Origin: Myxococcota bacterium | GTDB taxonomy: Bacteria; Myxococcota_A; Polyangia; Nannocystales; Nannocystaceae | Length of the DNA: 64,000 nucleotides | NCBI GenBank assembly: GCA_039028615.1 | Contig: JBCCHT010000001.1 | Coordinates: 96,001 to 160,000, forward strand | Direction: 5' to 3' | In this document: positions 50,966 to 59,525 of the stretch, one piece after another | Numbering within the stretch: position 1 is the first letter of the stretch | How the letters are laid out: the number at the start of each line of letters is the position of its first letter | The notes under the pieces: model-generated | What the model saw: only the letters and a program-made list of their open reading frames with translations | The model's database searches: none | What the model was told of the DNA's origin: nothing | Position numbers and translations under genes: made by a program

Positions 50966-51907
50966 ATGTCTCGCTCCACGCCGCAACGACTCGGCCTCTC
51001 GCTCTTCGCTCTCGCCCTCGGTGTGCTCACACCGGCCGCGTGCAACAAGCCGCAGCCCACGACGACGCCGGAGGTGGAACCGAGCACGTCCGGTTCGACC
51101 GAGTCGAAGAAGCCCGCGCCGACCGATGCCGGTCATGGCGGGCGGCTGTACGACAAGTGGTACGCCGAGATCGGGGGTGAACCCGGCTTCGCACCCGGCG
51201 AGCGCGGAGGTCCCCACGGCGACGGCACGCTCGACGATGGCAACGGCCAGCCCATGGCGCACGACGGCCACTCGTACCGACTGAAGAACCTCTTCGGCTG
51301 GGACCTGCGCGGAGCCGAGGGGATCTACGGGCCCGAGTACCAGAACAAGAGCTACGTCTTGCCGGTCAACCTCATGACCGACGAGCGCACGCCCGACGAG
51401 CTGATGGCGTGGATTCGGGACGGCGGCGACGGAATGCCCGCCTACGGGGCCGTGCTCGACGAGACGCAGCTGCGCGAGCTGGTGACCTTCATCGACGACA
51501 TGCGAAGTGGTCGCGTTCCTCGAGCCGACCAGGTCTGGGCCCTGTCGAAGGATGCGCCGAAGAACTACACCCTGCTCGAGGGGGGTGATGCCGCGCGGGG
51601 TACCGAGCTGGTGAAGAGCTCGTGCGCGTCCTGTCATGGCCCGGATGGACGCTGGATCCCCATCGACGACAAGTACAGCCTGGGGGCCTACTCCCGCGCC
51701 AAGGCCTACGAGTCGTGGATCAAGATCGTCAGCGGTCAGCCCAACACCCCCATGCACCGCGAGATCGAGTTCACCGACGGTGCGGACGGGGCTCAGCAGG
51801 TGCTCGACATCCTGGCGGCGCTGTGCGACCGAGGCACCTTCCCCGGCCTCGACGGTCAGGAGGACGTGCCCAACGGCGATCCTCGCTGTGGCGCCTACCT
51901 GAAGTAA
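50966..51907 (+). CDS. c-type cytochrome lipoprotein
   Basis: Lipobox PAAC; CASCH heme motif; MPAYG. Confidence 0.8.
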   Translation: MSRSTPQRLGLSLFALALGVLTPAACNKPQPTTTPEVEPSTSGSTESKKPAPTDAGHGGRLYDKWYAEIGGEPGFAPGERGGPHGDGTLDDGNGQPMAHDGHSYRLKNLFGWDLRGAEGIYGPEYQNKSYVLPVNLMTDERTPDELMAWIRDGGDGMPAYGAVLDETQLRELVTFIDDMRSGRVPRADQVWALSKDAPKNYTLLEGGDAARGTELVKSSCASCHGPDGRWIPIDDKYSLGAYSRAKAYESWIKIVSGQPNTPMHREIEFTDGADGAQQVLDILAALCDRGTFPGLDGQEDVPNGDPRCGAYLK

Positions 51908-51928
51908 GGCCGGCGCGCAGCGGCCCCA

Positions 51929-52534
51929 CTACCCGCGGGTGAGTTCGGCGTGAAGCTCGAGCACCTCGCCCGCGCGCATGGGCGGCCAGCGACGACCGCC
52001 CAGCACGATGTCCCACGCCAGCCGCATCTGCGTGGCGCAGCGCTCGGGGCTCATGCGACCGATGGCCGTGGCGAGCCCGGGACACAGCACTCGCTCGATC
52101 TTCGATTGGCTCCGAGCGTTGTGCTCGACCACCGCGATCAGTGCCGCCCGAAACGCGAGGTAGGCATTGACGGTGTGGGGCACGGGCATCGGCACCCGCA
52201 TGGTGGGCGCGCTGACCAGCCACGGCATTCGCGAGTCCACCGTCTCCACGATCACCGCCTGACCGATCGCCAGCTCGCCGTAGTGATGCTCTCGTAGGTG
52301 CGTCTGCAGCCGATGCTGGAGCCCTGCACCGAAGCGATCGAGGTAGACGGCATCGATGCCGCCATCCATGTAGCCGAAGCTGTTCGCCGGGCTGACGATC
52401 GCGTCCGCCTCGACGTCGAAGATGTCGCCCCGACCGATCTCGACCTCGTCCAGCGAGCCGAAGTGGCGGGTCCACGCGTCCACGATTGCCTGGTTGCGAT
52501 CGCGAAGCACGACGGTGATGCGAGAGTCGGCCAT
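51929..52534 (-). CDS. macrodomain (ADP-ribose processing) protein
   Basis: GDIF, AIVSPANSFGYMDGGID, APTMRVP, PGLAT. Confidence 0.9.
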   Translation of the reverse strand: MADSRITVVLRDRNQAIVDAWTRHFGSLDEVEIGRGDIFDVEADAIVSPANSFGYMDGGIDAVYLDRFGAGLQHRLQTHLREHHYGELAIGQAVIVETVDSRMPWLVSAPTMRVPMPVPHTVNAYLAFRAALIAVVEHNARSQSKIERVLCPGLATAIGRMSPERCATQMRLAWDIVLGGRRWPPMRAGEVLELHAELTRG

Positions 52535-52581
52535 CCCGCGCCTTTATCACGCGACCCGCAATGGCGACAAACGGCAGTGGT

Positions 52582-53220
52582 TCAGCGCCCCGGCTCCGCC
52601 TCGACCGCACCGATGTGCTCGCGAAGGGCCCGGGCCCAGCCTTCGAGGTTCGACAGCGTGGACTCGAGGACCCGGTGGTCGGCCGCGATGGAGCCCAGCG
52701 CCTTGGCCAGCGCCTTGCGCCCGCGAAGCAGCCAGGTCTTGGCCGTCCCGAGCGGAATGTCGAGGACCTGCGCGATGTCGGACCCGCGCATGCCTTCCCA
52801 GTAGTGCAGCTCGAGCACGACCTGCTGATTGAGCGGCAGCCGACGCAGCCCTTCGAGGATGAGCCGCTGCTCCCGGCGACGCGCCACCACGCGGCTGGGC
52901 GATGGATCGAGGTCGAGCGCGGTGACCTCGTCGAAGTCGACCTGAGGCGGCGTGCGACGGAGGCTGCGGTAGTGACGACACAGGAGCCGATAGGCGACGC
53001 CAAAGAGGTAGCGACGAAAATCCTCGGGCCGCTGCAGACGCTCGATGCCCTCGAGGCAGGCGAGGAAGGTCTTCTGGACGAGATCGTCGGCGGCTTCGCC
53101 CGCCTTGTTGCAGAAAAAACGCGCAACCGGCTCGTAGTAGCGCTCGAACAGCTGGTCGGCTGCCGCCCGGTCGCCAGCCTTCCAGGCCAGCGCCAAAGCG
53201 TGGTCTGCGGTCTCACCCAT
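52582..53220 (-). CDS. ECF sigma factor
   Basis: ADDLVQKTFLAC, FRRYLFGVA, LELHYWEG, IPLGTAKTWL. Confidence 0.92.
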   Translation of the reverse strand: MGETADHALALAWKAGDRAAADQLFERYYEPVARFFCNKAGEAADDLVQKTFLACLEGIERLQRPEDFRRYLFGVAYRLLCRHYRSLRRTPPQVDFDEVTALDLDPSPSRVVARRREQRLILEGLRRLPLNQQVVLELHYWEGMRGSDIAQVLDIPLGTAKTWLLRGRKALAKALGSIAADHRVLESTLSNLEGWARALREHIGAVEAEPGR

Positions 53221-53378
53221 CAGCCCCTTCAGCATAGCGGAGCAAAAAGCCGACCCAAGGGTGAATCCCGGATCGGGGCGTCGGGAACCACCGAGATATG
53301 CACCCCTCGCCCCCCGACTCGTCTTCCCACGGCCCGATCGGAGCCGGTCTGCACGTGACGTATGCTGTTCCGGCGTCG

Positions 53379-56300
53379 ATGTCCGCCGAAACCGACCCGA
53401 CCGTGGCTGCCAAGGACTTCGTGGTCCCTCGGTTGCTCGATGATGCGGACGGAAAACTGCGTAAGCACGCGATCAAGGCCGCGCTCATCGGCGACGACGG
53501 CCCGAGCCAGCAGATCGGCCGCTACCAGGTGCAGCGGCGCCTGGGCCAGGGCGGCATGGCCGTCGTCTATGCCGCCCGCGACGAGACGCTCGAGCGCACG
53601 GTCGCGCTCAAGCTCCTGACCCGTGGCACCGATCTGGACGAGTCGACCGAGCGACGACGACTGCTGCGAGAGGCCACCGCGCTGGCGCGGCTGCAGCATC
53701 GCGCGGTCGCGACCGTGCACGAGGTCGATGTCCACGATGGGCACACCTACCTCGCCATGGAGTACGTGGACGGGCAGACCCTGGGTCAGTGGCTCGAAGA
53801 GCGCCCCCGCCCGTGGCGAGAGGTCGTGGGCGCATTCATCGAGGCCGGCGAGGGCCTGGCGGCGGCCCACGCCTCCGACATCATTCATCGCGACTTCAAG
53901 CCCGCGAACGTCATGGTGGCGAAGGACGGGCGCATCGTGGTGCTCGACTTCGGGCTCGCTCGCTCCGCCCGGGTCGACGCGGTGGAGGACCCCGAGGCGC
54001 TCGAGGCCCTCATCGCCCCCGCCCAGGACTCGTCGGAGCTGTCGTTCGACCTCACCATGACCGGGACCCTGCTCGGCACGCCCGGCTACATGTCGCCCGA
54101 GCAGTTCCTGGGGGTCGAGACCACCGCCGCGAGCGACCAGTTCAGCTTCTGCGTGGCGCTGTTCGAGGCCTTGCACGGCGAGCGCCCCTTCCCCGCCCGG
54201 TCGATCGCCGAGCTGGCCCGCGCGGTGACCTTGGACCCCCGCCCTTCGCTGCGCAGCGGGGTCCCGCGACGGCTGCGACGAGCCGTACGGCGTGGCCTGG
54301 CTGCCTCGCCCGAAGAGCGCTGGCCCTCGATGCCCGCGCTGCTCGACGAGCTACGCCGCGTGATTCGACCCCGACGACCGCTGGTGATGGTCGCGGGCGG
54401 AGCCTTGGTCGCCGCCGCGAGCCTGGGTGCCGCGGCGTGGTACGCCGACCATGTCGACGCGCAGGCCGAGGAGCAGTTCGCTGCCCAAGACCGTGAGGTT
54501 CGAGACGCCACGCGCATGCAGGCCGTCTCGTCGCTCGCGGATTCCGACCCCACCGCGGCCTTGGCCTTGGTGCGCGAGGTCGAAGATCCCGCGGGCACCA
54601 AGCAGTGGTCCGAGACCGCGCTGGGGCTGCTGCAGCGCCCGTACTGCCAGGTCGTGCGTCGAGACCACGGCGAGGCCTGGCCCTGGACGACGAGCGTATC
54701 CCCGAGCGGTACCCATGTCCTCACCGGGTCCAGAGACGGCAGCGTGCACCTGTCGCGCATGGACGGTCACGGCAAGGCCTGGGCCGCCCACGACGTCGAC
54801 GCGGTGGCGGCGGCTTTTTCTCCCGACGGGCGCATGATTGCCAGCGCGGGCACGGCCGTGCGGGCGTGGACCTTCGACGGGTCCCCCGATCCCGCCGAGG
54901 CAGTCACGTTCCGCTCGCTGTCCGCCCTGATGACCAGCGGCTCGACGCCGGGCATCGCCGTCTCCAACGACGGACTCATCGTCAACGGCTCCAACGACGG
55001 CACCGTCTATCTGTGGCGGGTCCCCGACTCCGATCGAGAGCCGGGACCGCCCCAGATCCTCGCCGCCCACGACAAGGCCGCCTGGAGCGTGAGCCTCAGC
55101 CCCGACCGACGGACCCTGGCCACCGCCTCGATCGACGGTACCGCCAAGATCTGGTCGCTCGACTCGGCCGAGCCCACCGAGCTGGCCACGCTCCGCCACG
55201 ACGGGCCGATCTGGACGATCCGCTTCAGCCCCGACGGTGAGCAGCTGCTCACCGCAACCAGCGATCACCACGCCACGCTGTGGTCGGCGAGCACGGGCGA
55301 GCCGCTCGCCGAGTGGAGCCACGACGGACCTCTGCTCAACGCCGATTTCTCCCCCGACGGCCGACGCGTGGCCACGGGCGGCGAGCAAGGCACCGTGCAG
55401 CTGTGGTCGACCGAGCGCCCGGACGAGCCCGCCGTGGTGCTGCGCGGGCACGCGGCCAACGTCAACGACGTCGAGTTCTCGCCCGACGGTGGGCGACTGC
55501 TCAGCACCTCGCAGGACGCCACCGCGCGGGTCTGGGCCGTGCCCGACCGCGGCGCTTCGGTGGACGCCCCCGTCGTGTTCCAGATCGGTGAGCCCGTGTT
55601 CTTCGGTCGCTTCTCCCCCGATGGCGAACGCATCGTGCTCTCGTCGGAAAACAGCGTGACCCGGGTCTGCCACGTGCAGCGGCCCGCGTCTCGCACCACC
55701 GTCGAGCTTCCCAACACCCTGCGGTCGATGGCGGCGAGCGCCGACGGCTCGATGCTCGTGGGCACCACCTCGCGTGGCCTCGTGCAGCTGTCCGGCTCGA
55801 ACATCTCGACCATCGATGCCGAGACGCCGTGGGAGCACCACACCATCGACCTGACCCCTGATGGCACCTGGGCCGCCGCGCGGGAGCCTTCCGGCCCCAT
55901 CCGCGTGTGGCAAACGCGGGGCACCCGGGTGCACCGGGCCCCGACCGAGCTCGAGCGCGTGCGAGCCATCGCCCTGGCGCCCGACGCCACGCTGCTGGCC
56001 GCGGCCGACGACCGGGGCGAGCTCCAGGTCTGGTCCATCAGTGCTTCGGGCCTCGAGCCACGAGCGCGACTGTCGGGGCGCGGGGCCAGCATCGAGACGC
56101 TGACCTTCACCAAGCGGGGCGCGCTGGTGGCCGGCGACCGCGAAGGGCGACTGCTGCACTGGTCCGACCTGGACGACGACCCGGCGCTGCTCGACACGGG
56201 GCGCGACGCGCTGCTGTTGGTCGTCGCCGATCTCGTCCGCAACCGGGTCGCCGCCCTCGACGAAGCGGGCACGACTCGCGTCTGGGAGGTCACCGACGAC

Positions 56301-56711
56301 GGCCGCTTCACCGCCACCGCCAATCTGAAGGCCGACCCGGCCCGGCCCCGGACCCTCGCCTTCGTCGACGGCGGTGAAGCCCTGCTGGGCGCGGCCGCCG
56401 ATGGCCGAGTCCTGCGATGGCGCGACCACAGCCCCGAAGCATGGCAGCCCGTGGCCTCGCTCCCCGCCGGCGGCGACCTCGGCTCGATGGTCATCGTCGC
56501 GAACGGCCAGCGCGTCGTGGGAGGCGGGGTCGCCAATCGCCTCGTGCATCGCTGGGAGACGGCGGACTTCGAGACCGACCCACAGACGCTCCAGCGGCGG
56601 CTGTGGGCCGCGACCACCGAATGCCTGTCCGTGGCTCACCGCCGCGAGCTGCTGGGCCAAGACGAAGACACGGCCCAGGCCGCGCTCGAGGCGTGTCGCG
56701 CCGAGTACTAG
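53379..56711 (+). CDS. Ser/Thr kinase with TM and WD40 repeats
   Basis: GQGGMA, VALK, HRDFKPAN, DFG; repeated FSPDG..LAT.S.DGT..IW. Confidence 0.93.
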   Translation: MSAETDPTVAAKDFVVPRLLDDADGKLRKHAIKAALIGDDGPSQQIGRYQVQRRLGQGGMAVVYAARDETLERTVALKLLTRGTDLDESTERRRLLREATALARLQHRAVATVHEVDVHDGHTYLAMEYVDGQTLGQWLEERPRPWREVVGAFIEAGEGLAAAHASDIIHRDFKPANVMVAKDGRIVVLDFGLARSARVDAVEDPEALEALIAPAQDSSELSFDLTMTGTLLGTPGYMSPEQFLGVETTAASDQFSFCVALFEALHGERPFPARSIAELARAVTLDPRPSLRSGVPRRLRRAVRRGLAASPEERWPSMPALLDELRRVIRPRRPLVMVAGGALVAAASLGAAAWYADHVDAQAEEQFAAQDREVRDATRMQAVSSLADSDPTAALALVREVEDPAGTKQWSETALGLLQRPYCQVVRRDHGEAWPWTTSVSPSGTHVLTGSRDGSVHLSRMDGHGKAWAAHDVDAVAAAFSPDGRMIASAGTAVRAWTFDGSPDPAEAVTFRSLSALMTSGSTPGIAVSNDGLIVNGSNDGTVYLWRVPDSDREPGPPQILAAHDKAAWSVSLSPDRRTLATASIDGTAKIWSLDSAEPTELATLRHDGPIWTIRFSPDGEQLLTATSDHHATLWSASTGEPLAEWSHDGPLLNADFSPDGRRVATGGEQGTVQLWSTERPDEPAVVLRGHAANVNDVEFSPDGGRLLSTSQDATARVWAVPDRGASVDAPVVFQIGEPVFFGRFSPDGERIVLSSENSVTRVCHVQRPASRTTVELPNTLRSMAASADGSMLVGTTSRGLVQLSGSNISTIDAETPWEHHTIDLTPDGTWAAAREPSGPIRVWQTRGTRVHRAPTELERVRAIALAPDATLLAAADDRGELQVWSISASGLEPRARLSGRGASIETLTFTKRGALVAGDREGRLLHWSDLDDDPALLDTGRDALLLVVADLVRNRVAALDEAGTTRVWEVTDDGRFTATANLKADPARPRTLAFVDGGEALLGAAADGRVLRWRDHSPEAWQPVASLPAGGDLGSMVIVANGQRVVGGGVANRLVHRWETADFETDPQTLQRRLWAATTECLSVAHRRELLGQDEDTAQAALEACRAEY

Positions 56712-56734
56712 GCCGAGGCGCACCACCACCGCAC

Positions 56735-56765
56735 AAAAAAAGACGGCCCTTCAAAAGGGCCGTCT
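56735..56765 (-). terminator. intrinsic terminator downstream of tRNA 3' end
   Basis: AGACGGCCCTT-CAA-AAGGGCCGTCT 11-bp stem with an A-tract (U-tract on the minus strand). Confidence 0.8.
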
Positions 56766-56767
56766 CG

Positions 56768-56814
56768 GGTGGAGGATGACGGGATCGAACCGACGACATT
56801 CGGCTTGCAAAGCC
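56768..56814 (-). pseudogene. 3' fragment of tRNA-Ala(TGC) = attachment site of integrated element
   Basis: Minus strand GGCTTTGCAAGCCGAATGTCGTCGGTTCGATCCCGTCATCCTCCACC: anticodon loop TGC, T-loop TTCGATC, acceptor 3' strand with U70; no D-arm or 5' half. Confidence 0.88.
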
Positions 56815-56992
56815 TTGGGCGGCCACTTTGCGGGCCTTTGTATTGCCTTGTTGATTCTTGCGAAATCATGGAGCTAATGACCTCTAGAGGGCCAACGACG
56901 CCACGCGGCATCGCTCCCACGTTTGCGGCATTTTGCGTGCGGCTGTGCCCACCCTGTGCCCACGGCTGGCCCGCAGTAGCTAGGCTGAGAAG

Positions 56993-58351
56993 GTGGGGCT
57001 AAGCAACCGAAGCATCCAATCGGCGACTCGCAGCGGGCGACGTGTCGAACTTCAGGACGATGCCGTGCCGGGGCTGCATGTGGTCGTGACGAAGGCGGGC
57101 TCGGCCTCGTTCGCCGTCCGTTACCGCATCCCAGGCGTGGGCCAGCGCCGCCTTCGGATCGGACGATACGGAATCCTGACCGTTGACCAGGCCCGCAAAC
57201 TGGCTCGCAGCAAGCTCGCCGAGGTGGCGGCAGGGAAAGACCCGGCCAGGCCCGCCCCCACACCTCAAGTTCAGCCCCTCACCCAAGCGACGAGCGGCTA
57301 CCTCGAGCAGGCCGAGCATCGCCTTCGACCCAAAACGATGCAGACCTATCGGTCTGCCCTGGGGCGCATGCTCACCTGGGCAAGCCGCAGCGGCATCCGG
57401 AGCACCGCCGATCTAGACCGACCACAGCTAGCGGCGCTACGCGCCTGGCTCATCGCCTTACCCAAGCAGCGGGCCAAGACCGGAGGCAAACGAGGGCAAC
57501 AGGCCGCCACCCGCTCCCGCCGGAGCCCCGTGGCCGTCAACCGAGAGCTGCGGGCCATCAAGACCTTCCTCCACGAACTTCGGCGATCAGACCGACTGCC
57601 TCACCTGGATCGCGATGCGGTGGCCGACACCCTGCGAGCGCTTCCGGTGCCGCGCGAGCAGCCCTTCTTCCTCAGCCCGCCGCAGATCAAGAAGCTCCTC
57701 AAGGCTTGCCTGGCACATGACCAAGCGACCTTCGTGCTCACGCGGCGTGAGCGAGAGGGACTCGATCCAAAGGGCAGCACCCTGCGCCACCGACCCATCG
57801 CCCCCTTCGCAGCCCTTCTGCTGCTGTCGGGCATGCGCCGTGGTGAAGCCTTGGCGCTGCGCTGGCGAGATGTAGATCTGGACGCCACGGACGTCAGCGG
57901 CCACCCCGTCGGTGAGATCCGCTTGCGCGCTGCGGCGACCAAGACCCACCAAGCCCGCACCGTAGGGCTTGAGGTCTCCCCTCGCCTGCGCTTGCTCCTT
58001 CAGGTGATGCAGCGCTGCGCGCAAGGGAGCACTGTCTTCGAGGGGTACAGCGCTCAGTCGGTGAGCAGCGCTCGTGCACGCCTGGTTCGAGATTTCGGGG
58101 CACCGCACTTCGATTGGCAGGGTCTGCGCTCCACCTGTGGCACCTACCTGACCAACGCCCCGTCCATCTTCGGGGCCGCCGCCCCCTTCATGAGCGCCCG
58201 CCAACTGGGTCACTCGGTGGTCGTGGCCGAAAAACACTACGCCGGGCTTCTGCGGGGCATCTCCCCGAAGGCCCGCAGCCTCGATGCAGCTATGGGGATC
58301 GAGGACCTGCTCGAGGCCCTGGTTCAGGCCACGCGAAACGACGAGCGTTGA
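56993..58351 (+). CDS. int: tyrosine recombinase/integrase with arm-binding domain
   Basis: DDAVPGLHVVV...RLRIGRYGILTVDQARK arm domain; GMRRGE, TKT, QGLR, LGHS, HY. Confidence 0.92.
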   Translation: MGLSNRSIQSATRSGRRVELQDDAVPGLHVVVTKAGSASFAVRYRIPGVGQRRLRIGRYGILTVDQARKLARSKLAEVAAGKDPARPAPTPQVQPLTQATSGYLEQAEHRLRPKTMQTYRSALGRMLTWASRSGIRSTADLDRPQLAALRAWLIALPKQRAKTGGKRGQQAATRSRRSPVAVNRELRAIKTFLHELRRSDRLPHLDRDAVADTLRALPVPREQPFFLSPPQIKKLLKACLAHDQATFVLTRREREGLDPKGSTLRHRPIAPFAALLLLSGMRRGEALALRWRDVDLDATDVSGHPVGEIRLRAAATKTHQARTVGLEVSPRLRLLLQVMQRCAQGSTVFEGYSAQSVSSARARLVRDFGAPHFDWQGLRSTCGTYLTNAPSIFGAAAPFMSARQLGHSVVVAEKHYAGLLRGISPKARSLDAAMGIEDLLEALVQATRNDER

Positions 58352-58383
58352 CCGTCGGCGCTCCCGCGAAGCGGAAAGAAGGA

Positions 58384-58689
58384 CTACGCCGCCGTGTTGG
58401 TCCGCAGCCGGGCGTCTCGCCAGGCGCGAAGATCCGCCGCTCGATAGAACACCCGCCGCCCCAGCTTCAAGTACGGCGGACCGCCGCCTCGAGATCGGAG
58501 CGTGTTGAGCGTGGCCGGAGCGAGCCCCACGATGAAGCTCGCCCCGTGGACGTCGACCACTTCGGGCAGCAGTGCGAAGCCGCGCGTAACTGCCTGCGGC
58601 GCAGCTTTTGATGTCGAAGGCACCGCAAGGCTCGTCGGTGTTTCGGGGAGGTGGGTGGCAGGACGCAGGCGGGCCGTCTTGTCGTTCAT
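58384..58689 (-). CDS. AlpA/MerR-type HTH excisionase-like protein
   Basis: GLAPATLNTLRSRGGGPPYLKLGRRVFYRAADL; convergent on the integrase. Confidence 0.8.
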   Translation of the reverse strand: MNDKTARLRPATHLPETPTSLAVPSTSKAAPQAVTRGFALLPEVVDVHGASFIVGLAPATLNTLRSRGGGPPYLKLGRRVFYRAADLRAWRDARLRTNTAA

Positions 58690-58873
58690 CAAAGTTGTCC
58701 TTGTTGGCGACTGGGTCTGCCGCGTTTTCCGTCGCTGGCTACAGGCTGGCCTAGATGCAAAGAAGGCGCTGGAGTGGATGCTCCAAGCGCCTCGCACCAG
58801 GTGGTGCGGCTCATGACCATGCGAAGTTAGGTTCCTTGATGATTCCCTCCGGTGGAAGCATCACAAGCAAGTC

Positions 58874-59215
58874 CTAGCTCGCCTTGGCCTGGGTCTGGCC
58901 CCCCGTTCGTGGAAGAAGCGGGATCTGGGCACCGACCGGGCACCGTTTGGAGCGCACTTGGGTGGCTTTGCCATCCTCCTGCGGAATCCCGTACAGGTAA
59001 CCGTCCTCGCGAGTGAGCCCGCGGACCTCTTTGATGGGGACCGCCAGTTGCTGCGAGACCTGGGCAATCGCCGCCTCGGGGGAGACGGTACAAAGTCCCA
59101 GGAAGCGGAAGGGGGGTTTCTCCGCCCGTCCGATTCGTGCCTCGACCACGGTCAGCACCAGCCCCGTAGGGGGCAAGGCTTGCCGCATTGAGGTGTTTTT
59201 GTTGGCTTGATTCAT
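58874..59215 (-). CDS. hypothetical protein
   Basis: 113-aa ATG ORF with globular-looking composition upstream of the excisionase. Confidence 0.4.
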   Translation of the reverse strand: MNQANKNTSMRQALPPTGLVLTVVEARIGRAEKPPFRFLGLCTVSPEAAIAQVSQQLAVPIKEVRGLTREDGYLYGIPQEDGKATQVRSKRCPVGAQIPLLPRTGGQTQAKAS

Positions 59216-59525
59216 GACATAGGGGGTTAGGATCTAAGGGTTGTGGTCCTTCTCCGGAGTGCGGACCACTCGATCATCGTGGCGCGCAACGTTGAGGGTG
59301 CAAGTGTCCCTTTTCTGCCTGGGCGTTTGGGTGGGGGCCACCTGGTCGATCGGTATCTTCGCCTTGCAACCCGCCTGCTGCCTGGTGGTGTCAAACCAAT
59401 ATCGACGCGCCGCCCCCTTGCAGGGCACGTGGAGACAAACGGAGCGATGAAGTGCACGTTCGGCTCCTGGCCGGCAGCGTTTGGCGGCCGCGCTTGCGAC
59501 CTCCCCCTTCTCGATGAAGACCCCC

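Noticed and set aside
56768..56850. Intact tRNA-Ala gene
   Set aside because: The sequence 5' of the anticodon arm cannot form a D-arm or pair with the acceptor strand; only the 3' half is present
58828..58877. oriT or ncRNA hairpin in the element
   Set aside because: Only an imperfect inverted repeat; no relaxase in view to support an oriT call
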